From Camelus dromedarius (taxonomy: Eukaryota), in contig NC_087459.1 of NCBI RefSeq assembly GCF_036321535.1, positions 27,838,001 through 27,902,000 of the forward strand: a stretch of 64,000 bases of DNA, written 5' to 3'. The position numbers and the translations under genes were made by a program. This document shows, one piece after another, positions 1 through 10,490 of the stretch (positions are counted from its first letter, which is position 1; every line of letters begins with the position of its first letter). The notes beneath the pieces were generated by a model. That model was given only the letters and a program-made list of their open reading frames with translations, made no database searches and was not told the DNA's origin.

Positions 1-254
1 GGCCGCAGGGTGCAGCTGCAGTGATGCTGTCTGACTGTCAGGCCCAGCCCTTGAGAGTGCTGCCAACTTCCATTTTTGTCATCTTGGGATGCTCACTGCC
101 AGTAGAGAAGCTTAGGCTGGACCACTGAACAGTGAGCAGCCTCATGGAGAGAGAAAAAGGGTAGAGGGAGAGGATGAGAGGAGGCAGAGGTTCAGACAGC
201 TCTCAGCAGCTCCAGCCACCCCAGACACGTGAGTGACGCCAAGCTCCAGCTGGA

Positions 255-392
255 GGCAGCCCTATGACTCCAGGTGACACAGAAGAACCGGCAGCAGAGC
301 CCAGCCCAGCTACAGGATTACAAGAGATGATAAAGTGGCTATTGTTTTCAGCCTCAAAGATTTGAGGGGTTGTTCTTACAGAGAAATAGGCA
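255..392 (+). mobile_element. MaLR (MLT1-like) LTR 3' fragment
   Basis: GCAGAGCCCAGCCCAG..GAGATGATAAAGTGGCTATTGTTTTCAGCC..TTTGAGGGGTTGTTCTTACAGAGAAATAG resembles the MLT1 3' end. Bounds approximate. Confidence 0.55.
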
Positions 393-589
393 GCTGTCCT
401 GGGCCTCTGCACCTGCTGACCCCTCTGCCAATAGCACACCTTCTCCGGGGTCCCAAGGTTCTCCCTCTCCTGGGTCATCAGGCTCCGTTCATGTGTCACC
501 TTGTCAGGGTTCTGCCATCTCCCTGCCTAAAATAGCCTCCATCTCCCACAACTCTCACCTCCCAGCTTTGGTTGCTCAAAGCCTGTCTC

Positions 590-737
590 ACCACCAGAAA
601 CTTCATGATACCTGAATATGTTTATTTGCTCTCTGTCCCTCCCAACCAGGATGTCAGCTGGATTTTTGTTCCCTGGGGTACCCCAGAGCCTGGCACAGAG
701 CAGGGGCTCTGTGACGGCCTGTTGGAGGAATGGATAG
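590..737 (+). mobile_element. L2 LINE 3' fragment
   Basis: CCCCAGAGCCTGGCACAGAGCAGGGGCTC..TGTTGGAGGAATGGAT resembles the L2 terminus. Confidence 0.5.
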
Positions 738-1019
738 GTAAAGTGGCCCCCATTTCCCCAGCCCCTGCTTCTCCTGAGCTTCTGCCCACAGCCTGTGCCC
801 ACAGTGGTCCCGGCACACAGCAGAGCCTCGATAAACAGTGTGTTAGTTGCATCAAATGTAACCACTCACAAGGCTTCAGTGTTCTGACCCCCAGCCACCT
901 GGTGTCCAGAGCAGGAAGGAACTGGCCCCAGACTTGGGATCAGGGCTGAGCCAGGGTGGCTGCCTGTTGGCCCGAATTTAGTAGGCATTCTCCTACTAAA
1001 AGAGCTTTGTGGTTATGAT

Positions 1020-1135
1020 CCTGGGTGGAGGATGCTTTAACTAGATGGGGGAGGTGGTGAGCTGCCTGTCATGAGGGATGCCCGACAGACTTGGAAGGGG
1101 CTGGACCACTGCGCAGTAGAAGGATTCAGGGCCAG
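1020..1135 (+). mobile_element. Ancient CR1/L3-like LINE fragment
   Basis: GGGAGGTGGTGAGCTGCCTGTCATGAGGG..GGCTGGACCAC..GTAGAAGGATTC resembles the L3 3' region; highly degraded. Confidence 0.35.
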
Positions 1136-2699
1136 GGTGCGGTAAGCGAACTGTGGGGTCTTTTACCCTTGATGTTAGCACAGATGGGTGTCTGTTAGGG
1201 TCTGTTGAGTGGCCCCAAGGCCAAGCAGGTGGTGGGGGGAAGGGACTGGGTCACCTGCACTTTCCCTGTCTGCCCAAAGCCCCAGGCTGCAGATCTGGGG
1301 CCTCTCTCTGCTGGGGACGGTGGGGAAGAGCCTGGCTACCTTTGGAGGGTCCCAGAGCTCTCCGTGTGCTCCTCCTCAGGACCGGGTATGATGGTTGCCA
1401 TGGAGCTGGGACCTTGTTTGGTGACATCAGCTGGGTGGGCCTTTGGGAGCATTTGGCTGGCTGCCCCGTGTGAGGGGGCAGGTGGGAGCCCCACCCTGTC
1501 TCATGAGTCACCCCAAGGGCACACGGCAAGGTAGGTCCTGGGGAATAGTATTCCCCAGGGCTTTGCATGTCCCATCCACCCCACAGCCCTCCCGGCCCCT
1601 CTTGGCATCCTAGTCCCACGCCCTTCACACTGAGACGCGCTGGGGCTGGGGATGTCTGGATCAGGAAGAGGGGACACAGCAGAGAAGCTGGCCTCTGCCC
1701 AGAAGCCACGACATTCTAGCGGTCAGCTTGATGCTGTGGAACAAGATGGCACCCACGGGCCACCTGGCCAGATACACAGAGCAGGGAGGTGTCCAAATTA
1801 GCAGTCAGAATAATTACTGAGCACAAGGAGACAGTGGGAAATCTAAATAGACCCAATCCCTGCCCTCAGGCAGTTACAGTTTAATGGGGAAAAGTGGCAT
1901 TCATCAGGTGATGGTCTAGCCAGTCGGTGACTGGTGAATGTGAGGGATCAACTACACTGCGGCAGTGTAAAACCTAGTGGAAAGTTACAGTGACTAAAAT
2001 GGTCTGACGCTGATGCTTGAATAGACAGACTGATCCAAGGAATAAATCAGAAAGTCCAGAACTTGACGAACTGGACCTGAACAAACCCACGTGCACACAC
2101 ACGGAGCAGGCTTGAGTGTCTCCATGACCCTTGAGGGTAAGATGCGTCAGAGTTCTTGTCTAAATCAGAGCGACCCTGGTTCCTGGGGTCCACTCCCTTA
2201 GGCCGTGGGGCCATTTTGGTCTCTTTGTGTGGCTTCTCTCCCCTCCGGAGCTTGTGCCACAGCCCCAGCGCTGGCCCACGGCTTGGAAAATGGCGGGGGG
2301 AGGGAGATGGGGTCTCTGGCCTTGGGTCTGCCCCAGTCCCCCTTGTCGCTGCCGTCATTTCTGCCACACAAGGGCGCTGCTGGGAGCTGCTACTCTGGTG
2401 ACTGTCCAGTTGTCCCCAAGTGGGAGCAGGCCCCTGTCCAGATCTGTGGGAGGAAGCCTCCCCCAGCCTGGCCGGGTCTTGGCTTGTCTCCTGCCTACCT
2501 CCCCTGTTGTCACTGGCAGCAGCCCCGGGGTGAATGGGGACTCCTCAAGCCCCAAGGGTCTGGGAAGGAGCCCTCATATGTGGGCCTGGGTGGGACAAAC
2601 AGAGCCAGCTGGTGCCCCGAGTGGGCTGTGGATGTGGACACCCCTGGGACATGTGGGAACTTGTCCCAGATCAAGTGGAGAGGAGACACTGAGGATTGC

Positions 2700-3095
2700 G
2701 TGCATCAGTGGCGTGTGATTAAAAAAAGCATCTCAGATCAATAGGGAAAGGACTGATTTTTCTGTATTTTAGGCTTTTTTCAGTATTTTGGAGGTTTTTG
2801 GAGACTTCATCACATAGGCATGATTGATTAAACCATTGGCCATTGATCATTAATTCAACCTCTGGCCCCTCTCGCCTCCCCCCTGGGGGTGGAGGGGCTG
2901 TGGCTGAAGGTGCTAACCCTCTGATCACGTGGCTGCTTCCCCTGGCAACCAGCCCCCATCCTGTGGTTATCTAGAGGCATTCCAAAAATCACCACAGTGA
3001 CATAAACTCAGGTGTGGTTGAAAAGGGCTCGTTATAAAAAAACGAAAACACTCATTTCACCTGTATCACTCTGGAGCTATTTCAGGAAACAAAAG
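2700..3095 (+). mobile_element. MER21-like (ERVL-class) LTR, 3' part
   Basis: AACCCTCTGATCACGTGGCTGCTTCCCCTGGCAACCAGCCCCCATCCT..CATAAACTCAGGTGTGGTTGAAAAGGGCTCGTTAT resembles the recalled MER21 consensus. Confidence 0.6.
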
Positions 3096-3359
3096 ATGCT
3101 CCTTTAGGAGCTGTGTGCTGGGTACCACAGAGACCGTATACATATCCCAGCACCACAGGTAACTGATACACAACTGATACACTGAGGAGAGCAGACGCCT
3201 TGGTGGGGAGGCCAGGAGAGGGACAGAGATGGGCATGACAAATAAAAGGCTCCCGGGACCCACACCCGGACTCGCTTTGACCTCATCTGCCTTCCCTGAG
3301 TTCTTCTACTCTGGTTTTGGCCCCAGGTTCACCTGGGGCTGAGTCAGTCATTGGTGAAA

Positions 3360-3680
3360 TGCAGTAGTGTTCAACCTGGAAAAGTCTGGAACTATCTGCT
3401 AGCACATCCGAGTAAAGCGCTGGTCTCAAAAAACCTACGAGGTAATTACACAGTGTTGAAAGGAATGTTTTCCTTTTTTGACAGTTACTGCAATAAACAA
3501 TTGTCACAGTTTAAGTATATTTGGAAAGAAAGTGCAGGTGGGCTGGCAATCAAATAGATTATGTCTTTGATTATATAGAGATATAAATCAAATGCATTAC
3601 AATAACTAAAGAATAATTTTAATTAATTGTTTTTTAAATATTTTTAAGTGTTCCCTGAAGGAGTCTGAATTTTAGGAGGG
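3360..3680. mobile_element. AT-rich putative hAT/Charlie DNA transposon remnant
   Basis: AT-rich island in GC-rich DNA starting CAGTAGTGTTCAACCT, similar to hAT termini CAGTGGTTCTCAACCT. Family not resolved. Confidence 0.3.
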
Positions 3681-4532
3681 TGGCTCTGGTCAGGTGTGGA
3701 GCTGGGCTGAGGCGGGCTGGTGCTTGGGGCAGGGAGCCCCCGTGAGAGGCTGCTGCTCCAGCCCAGGTGAGGGCTGGTCAGTGCCTGCTCTGCCCACCTG
3801 CCCTGGGCCCCATCCGGGAACCTTCTCTTTCAAGGAGGGGTTGCCCTGCCCCGGCAGCAGCCAGAGATGGAGGAAGGAGAGAGGACAGGTCACTTGGATG
3901 AGGGTAGGAGAGAGGGCGATGTCAGGGAGCCCCTTCCCGGGGCCAGGCTGCAGGGAGACAGCAGGGAGTGCCCCTGGGCTTGCTGCTGCGGGTGCTCCTC
4001 CAATCCCAGGTCTGCCCTGGCTGGCTGGTGACCTTGGACAAACCCCCTTCCAAGCCCCCTTCTCTCTATGCCTCATCCGGGAAATGAGGGTAAGTAACTC
4101 TCCCTGCCTTCTGTGGAGGGGGTGGTTGTAGGGAGCCCTGGTTTCCAGGTTGGGGGACTGTTTGGACAAGGAGATTCCACGAGGTGTGGCAGAACTGTCA
4201 CTGGGGTTGCCTGGACCCAGGGGCTGCCTCCTCCTTCCGCGGCCCCTCCCTGGCCAGGCCCTCCTCCAGTGGGGGTGGGGTGTCACTGCTTGTCTGGCAG
4301 CAGCAGCTAATTGTTCTCTTTAGACCCCTCCCTGGTGATGCCCAATCCTTGGGGCCAGCAGATTCAGCCCCTAAACCTGTCCAACCAGTTGTTTGGAAGA
4401 AGGGGGCACTGGGAGGGGTGGAGTTGCCAGAAGCAGCCTCCCCCAGCCCAGCACAGACAACCGAGCCTCTGGGGCTCTGGACGCTGCAGACAGACCCTCG
4501 GACAGACAAACGGTCGGACCCCTGGCTTGGCC

Positions 4533-7500
4533 ATGGGGCTCAGTGGGGGACAGTCTCTGCTGCTGATGCCACTGTGGCTGCTGCTGTCCTGCCTCCAGCT
4601 GGGGACCAGCCTGGGTGAGTGAGGGGCAGGGCAGGGGTGCCCACCGTGCTTCAGGCGGAGGAGACACTCCACCTCCCCCAGCTGCCTTCCGAGTCCTGAG
4701 TCTGGGAGCTCCATCTCCAGTGGGTCAGGGAAAACAGCCCACCAGAAGAGGTCCCAAGACAGACACCTGTCCCCCAACCCCATGATGGGGGAGGAGCAAA
4801 CCCTAAACCTCTTTTAGGGTTCTCATCCCCACGTGCCCTGAGCCCAGTTCTCACCAAATGGCTCCCCTCCTTCCAGTCTCCGAGAAGAGGTCTAAAGAAG
4901 CCTTCAAGGATAATGCTTACCCTAAAAAGAAGCTCTCCAAGGCAGGCTGCAGGCATGGTTCACTTTGGGGCTCTTAGACGGGAGGGACTTAGAGAGACAG
5001 TCCCCAACCCCATCCCCCTATCTCTGCTGCTCCACGCCTTTCCCCTCAGTAAGTGAACATTAAGTGCCTGCTGTATGCAGTGTGCACAGGGCCTCAGTAT
5101 GGGAACTGGGAGCTCTGAGAAAGGAGGGCACTAGCCCTGAACCTTCGGAGTTGAGCTGAATTAAATGGAAATGAATCATATTGAACTTAACAGAACTGAA
5201 AGAAGAAGGTTCCGGAGACTTCCATAAAGCCCACTCCATCTTTCTCTCCAGTATCTGAGTGTCATGGGGCTCTGTCAAGTGTCCGCCTAGAGTTTGGGTT
5301 TGGGCTTAGGCTCCCCCAAATCTTAGTCTCACCCCAATGCCTTCCTCCAAGAGAACTGTGCCTGCAGCTGTGGAAGGTGCCTCCTGTGCTTCCATCTCTC
5401 CTCCTTTCCTAGGTCCTGCCCATCACTGAGGCCCTGGTGACTCAGTGGGGCAAGGCCTCCCCCTGACCTTCCACAGTGCCCACCCCTACTAGGCGCCCAA
5501 GGCAGGGGCCAGAGGCTGGACTCAGGCTCCCCACCCACGCCCCACAGGCAGGAGCCCTCCTGATTAGTGCCTGACCAGAGGCCCCAGGAAAAGCCCTGTC
5601 TCCGCCCTCAGACTGGAGCTCCCGGGACAAGTCTGTGTCTCCCTCCTCAGACTGGGGCCTCCAGGACCACAACTCTCCTTCAGAATGGCCTCTGGGGGCT
5701 TGGTTGTCCTGTTGAGCCTCTTTCCTCTGCCCCCACCCTCCCCAGAGCGCATCGGCTATGTGCCCCAGCTCTCCAGCGCCACCCTGGCAGGGAGACTCAC
5801 CCAGTCCACCCTCACACTGGAGCAGCCGCGGGGCCAGTTCAGTCACCTCAACATCTCCGACTTTGATGCCATCTGGCTGGTGGTGGCCCACAGCAAAGGT
5901 GGGTGATGCTGGGGCAGGCCTTGCTTTCTCCCTCTGTGAAGTGGGCAGGCGGGCCCGAGAGGGGTGGCAGATGTGGGGGCAGAGGGGGTAGGTGTCATCG
6001 GGGATGTAGCCACAGGCTGGCCTGGTGGGATGAGGTGGAGCGCGGCCCCCACCTCTGACCCACGGTGCCACCCTCAGCCTCCCAGAACTTCACTGCCCCA
6101 CAGAGGGTAGAGGACACCCCGGTCCCTGCCAGCTTCTCCCAGAGGGGCTACTACCTCACGCTGATGGCCAACCGGGCACTCTACCCGGGCGACCGGCCCG
6201 GCAAGCAGCTCCGGGTCCTCCGTGTCGGCAATGATACCCGCTGCTCCCCCAGGACAAGGGGCTGCAACCACCCCCTGCCAGGCCCCGGCCCCTACCGGTG
6301 AGCGGCTCTGCCAGGGCCCTGCTGGGGTGGGCGTGCTCCTGCCTGTGTCCAGACCTGAGCCTGGGGAAGCTCCAAGCTGGGAGCCTGGGGTCCTGGCTCC
6401 AGTTCTACCCATGGGAGGAGGGGTCAGGGGCCGGGGCCAGGGAGGCTGTGGTGAAATCTCCTGTCATCTTGAGCAGAGGGACCCCCAACTTGAGCCTTTG
6501 CCCCTATGGGCCATGTGGACCATGCAGACAGAGTCTCCCCATCCAGGCAGAGTGGGCCCCAGGGAGAGCCTGGCCCCAGCCATGTCTTCTCTCATTCAGG
6601 GCTTGATTCTCCGATGTTCTGTGCTGGGAGATCCAGTCCACTCCACACACATTTCCCAAGTGAGGACACTGAGGGTCCCAGAAAGGGCAAGGGAGGCACC
6701 CAAGGCCACACAGCTGGGAAGTGTCACAACTGGGATGGGAGCCCCTTCCTGTGGCTCTAACACTGTGCTTTTAGCTCTAGGCCGCTCCCCGAGGCCCTGG
6801 GAGTCAGGGGGACAGACTGACAGGTACCAGGGCTGGAGGGTTTCAGGTCCCAGGGACCCTCACCCCCAATACTGGGTCTCCTGGTCAGAATGAAGTTCCT
6901 GGTGATGAGTGACAGGGGACCCGTGGCTGAGACAGAGTGGTCCAGTGAGACCCGACTGCAGCAAGGTATGGAGCCAGGTGCACGGGTCAAACACTAGGGC
7001 TGGGGGCTCAGGGGCCTGGGGGCTCCTGAGGACTGGCGGTGGGCTGGGAGGAATGGGCCAGTCCCCAGCCAGGCAGAGCCACCACTGCCATCCTGCTGTC
7101 TGCAGGTGCCCCTCCCCCAGTCTGCTCCCTACCCAACCCACCGCTACTGTGAGAGAGAGTTGGTCTGGAAGCTGTTCCAGGTCCCCCTTCCTCAGGTCAG
7201 ATCACTTTTCTCCCTTCCCGCCCCACATGCCTGTGCGGCCCCCTCACGCCCCTCAGCTGAGGCACTCCAGGCTGTCCCGGGGCCCCAGAGTGCAGGCACT
7301 GTGGTCATCATTGCCATCCTATCAGTCCTGCTGGCAGTCCTCCTCACCGCCCTCCTCACCCTGCTCATCTACACCTGGTAAGTGGACAGGGTCGAGACTG
7401 CCTGGGAGGGCTGGAGTCCCTGACCGAGGCATCTCTGTCCCTCCTCCCCTGCTCAGCTCAGCACTCCCCCCCCAACTCCCCCTTGCTAGCCCCGCTGGAA

Positions 7501-8351
7501 GAGTTTTCCCTGAAAGTCAAACAGGGCTAACAATTGTTGATCAAGTGATCCCCAAGGTTCCAGAACCTCTATGTGTATGTGTGAGTGTGTGCGTGCATGT
7601 GTGCACATGCGCGCATTAACCCCTCCTTCCTTTGTCCCTCTGACACCTGTTGGGGCGAGGGACACACTTTCTGAGTGGGCACCATCTGCTCCCTGGTGGC
7701 AAGAGCTGGTATTGCAAGTTGGGGTGCAGGGCAGACAAGCCATGTGGGAGACACCCAGGTGGAGCTGAATTGCTTTTAGTCCAAGAGCTGAGTTTTGCCT
7801 CAAGACTTCACTCAGAGCTTGGATGCTGGGGCCTGGTAGAGAAAGGGTGTCCACAAGGCTTCCTAGAGGAAAGGGAGCATCTGGTCCTTGGGGAGGATTT
7901 GGGGAGAAGGGGGAGGGAAACAGATGGGGAGAGTCTGGAGGCAGAAGGTTGCAGACAGGTTGGGGCCTTGATTCCCAGTTGAGGAAATGGGCTGGATCCA
8001 GAAGGCCAGAGGCAGCCAGTGGCTGGTTTTGATCAGGGGAAACAGGCAGCGATGTGTAGCGGCATCCCAGGGTGTGCAGAGTGGAGGAGGAGTGTGGGGG
8101 CTGGGTGGTGACAGAGGGCAGGGAGGCAGAGCTGGATTTGTGAGGTTTAGGGGGATAGCGCTCCAGGCTCTAGGTAACAGCCATGGGATTTCAATCAGGC
8201 CTGTTGGTCTTTCTGTCCCTCTCCCCTACCCCCGCCGCCAAGCTATGACACCTGCGGGAGCACGCCCATCTCGGGCCCAGGGGAGCCGGTGTGCGTGAGA
8301 AGATATGACACCCACCACGTGTGCAGCCCTCCAGCTGCGGGGGGCTCCTGA
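4533..8351 (+). CDS. UPK3BL1: Uroplakin-3b-like protein (UPK3BL/UPK3C), 6 coding exons, 253 aa, type I membrane protein
   Basis: Exons 4533-4614, 5746-5898, 6078-6297, 6889-6965, 7257-7377, 8243-8351 (762 nt, all GT-AG, phases consistent). Signal peptide MGLSGGQSLLLMPLWLLLSCLQLGTSL; uroplakin-3 motifs YVPQLS..TLAGRLT, IWLVVA, RVGNDTRC..GCNHPLPGPGPYRMKFLVM; TM helix VVIIAILSVLLAVLLTALLTLLIY; tail RRYDTHH. Position upstream of RASA4 fits known synteny. The paralog number is a human convention. Confidence 0.93.
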
Positions 8352-8505
8352 GGGGCTCCAGGGGGCCCCCATCTGCCACTCAGCTTCACCCTGCAGAGCC
8401 TGGTCTGGGGGCCTGCCCTGCTGCTTCAGAGCCCTGGGAATGTTTCCAAAAGAAGGTTGAGGGGAGGGTGTCCTCAGCCCACAGCTTGGGCCTGTCCCTG
8501 ATGGA

Positions 8506-8511
8506 AATAAA
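8506..8511 (+). terminator. UPK3BL poly(A) signal AATAAA
   Basis: First AATAAA, 155 nt after the TGA at 8349-8351. Confidence 0.7.
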
Positions 8512-10114
8512 CGTCTGCAGCACCCCCCATATGGCTGGGTCAGTGCACACCTGGGCAGTCTCCCTGCGTCCCTGTCCCCAGCTCCTGTGCGGGTTCTCAG
8601 GAGGATACAGCACCAGGGAGGAGCCCAGGGCCCCAGGCCAGCAGAGCCATTGGGGGCAGGGCAGGCCTCTCTTCTGGCCTCAGTGTCCCTAGCTGTAAAG
8701 TAAGTGTGACTGCACTGACCCCCCAGGGCCCAGTGAGGCTAAACCAAGGAGATGACTGTGCTCACTGCTACCCCTCCCCCCAGCCTCCTCTTTGTGGCCT
8801 CTCTCTCCAGCTGGCCTCGCCTCCTGGCTGGAGGACTTAGAGCTAAGCTTCACTCCCACCCCCGTGCTCATTCTGGGGATGTGGTGCTTGGTGGTGGGGC
8901 TCAGCCCAGAGCTGACTCTGGCCTCAAACCTAACACAGGGCACTGAGCACTTGACATCATCCTCCCAACTCCGGGCCACCTACCCCCAACCCCGGACCAG
9001 AGATGACCCAGGCCAAGGTTTTACCTTCAAGTCATCCACCGCTGTGGGATGAGGAGAGAAACATTCCAGGATGGATAGAGTGCAGATGTTCGGGAGCCAG
9101 AGGAGGCTTCCTGGGCAGGGGTGGCCTTGGAGAAGGGGCTGCACTGTGCCGGGTAGACACCGGAAGGAGACCCAGGCGTGAGCAACAGTGTGTGCAAAGG
9201 CCTGGACGCCACCCCACCAGGGACTGCTGGGGTGCAGGTTGGCAGCAGCTGGAGGGTGGGGTGAGGGACAGTGGGGAGGCCAGGAGATGCCCCTTGCTCC
9301 ATGGGGGCCTCACCCTCTGGGGCAGGGAGCAGGGATGGAGGGCACTGGCTGGGTGCCCAGGTGCCTGTGTCTGAGAGGTATGACTGGCCCTAATGAGTTT
9401 ATTAAGTTGGTGCAGACACATCCAGCTCCTGCTGTGGAGGAAATGCTCACATGACCAGAGGGGAGCCAGGCTGGGAGGGGCCGGTAGGGGAGGGGGCACA
9501 CAGCCTTCCAGCCTCTGCCGAGCTAAGCCTCAGCCTCTCCATCGCCTTTTCAGAGCAGCCATGAGCCCCAACCCTGGGGCTGGGTGGCTCTGGACAGATC
9601 ACTTACCCTCTCTGGGCCTCGGTCGGCCCCTTATGTAAAAGCGAGGGTTGAACTGTGTAACTCTAAGGCCTTGTACTCCATCAACACCCTGTATGGGTCG
9701 AGCCCTGGCAGGAAACAGATGGCATACTGTCTATCAGGGCACTTGAGAGCATTTACAAAGGTGTGGGCAGCATATTAAGGGAACCAACCAGAGAAGGTGA
9801 CCCAGGGCACTAATGGGGCCATAAACACTCCTGTACCCGAAGGGCTAGTGGTGTTTCCAGAGCCAGTGAGCAGGAGCCATGGGCAAGGGTCTGCCCGGCA
9901 GGAGGAGGGGCTGCAGGTGGAGGGATCTGGGGGTTCCTTCTCTGGCATTCTGATCATGTGCTGGGGCCTCTGCTGACAACTAACCAGGAGCGGGGGGGCA
10001 GAGCATCTGGCTGGTGTGGCCCACGTGCCAGCCTCCTGGGCCCAGAGCAGGACAGAGAAGAGCCAAGAATGAAGTTCAAGGGTCCTATGATCTGTTTTTT
10101 ATTCATAGAACTTC

Positions 10115-10490
10115 TGACACCAAATGTGGGGCTTTTCTTCCCACCAACCAATTCTCCAACTCTCTGGACACCAGCTGGGTGTTCTACAGTTGGAGTCAGT
10201 TCTGACACTAACTCCCTGGAGGTGAAGGGCTCAATCCCACAAGATGGTCCCCACCTCAGATGCCAGCATCAAGTACAGGGTGCCCAGGGTACCCACATTT
10301 CCTTCTGTTTAACTTGGTTACAAATCAGTGATTCCCATGACCCCTTCCTCAGATTTGATAATTTGCTAGAACAGCACACAGAACTCAGAAAAACAGCTGA
10401 CTTACTATTACTGGATTATTATAAAGGATACGACTCAGGGAGGACAAAACAGAAGAGACGCACAGGGCAAGGGATGGGGGCTGTCCCCCT
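10115..10490 (+). mobile_element. MER21-like LTR, 5' part
   Basis: CCAACCAATTCTCCAA..GACACCAGCTGGGTGT..TTCTGACACTAA..CCCACAAGA..CAGATGCCAG..TTGATAATTTGCTAGAACAGCACACAGAACTCAG..TTATTATAAAGGATA matches the recalled MER21 pattern. Confidence 0.65.

Noticed and set aside
2700-10490. Two MER21-like pieces as one element split by UPK3BL
   Set aside because: The 3' part lies upstream of the 5' part, so the order is wrong. Independent insertions are simpler.
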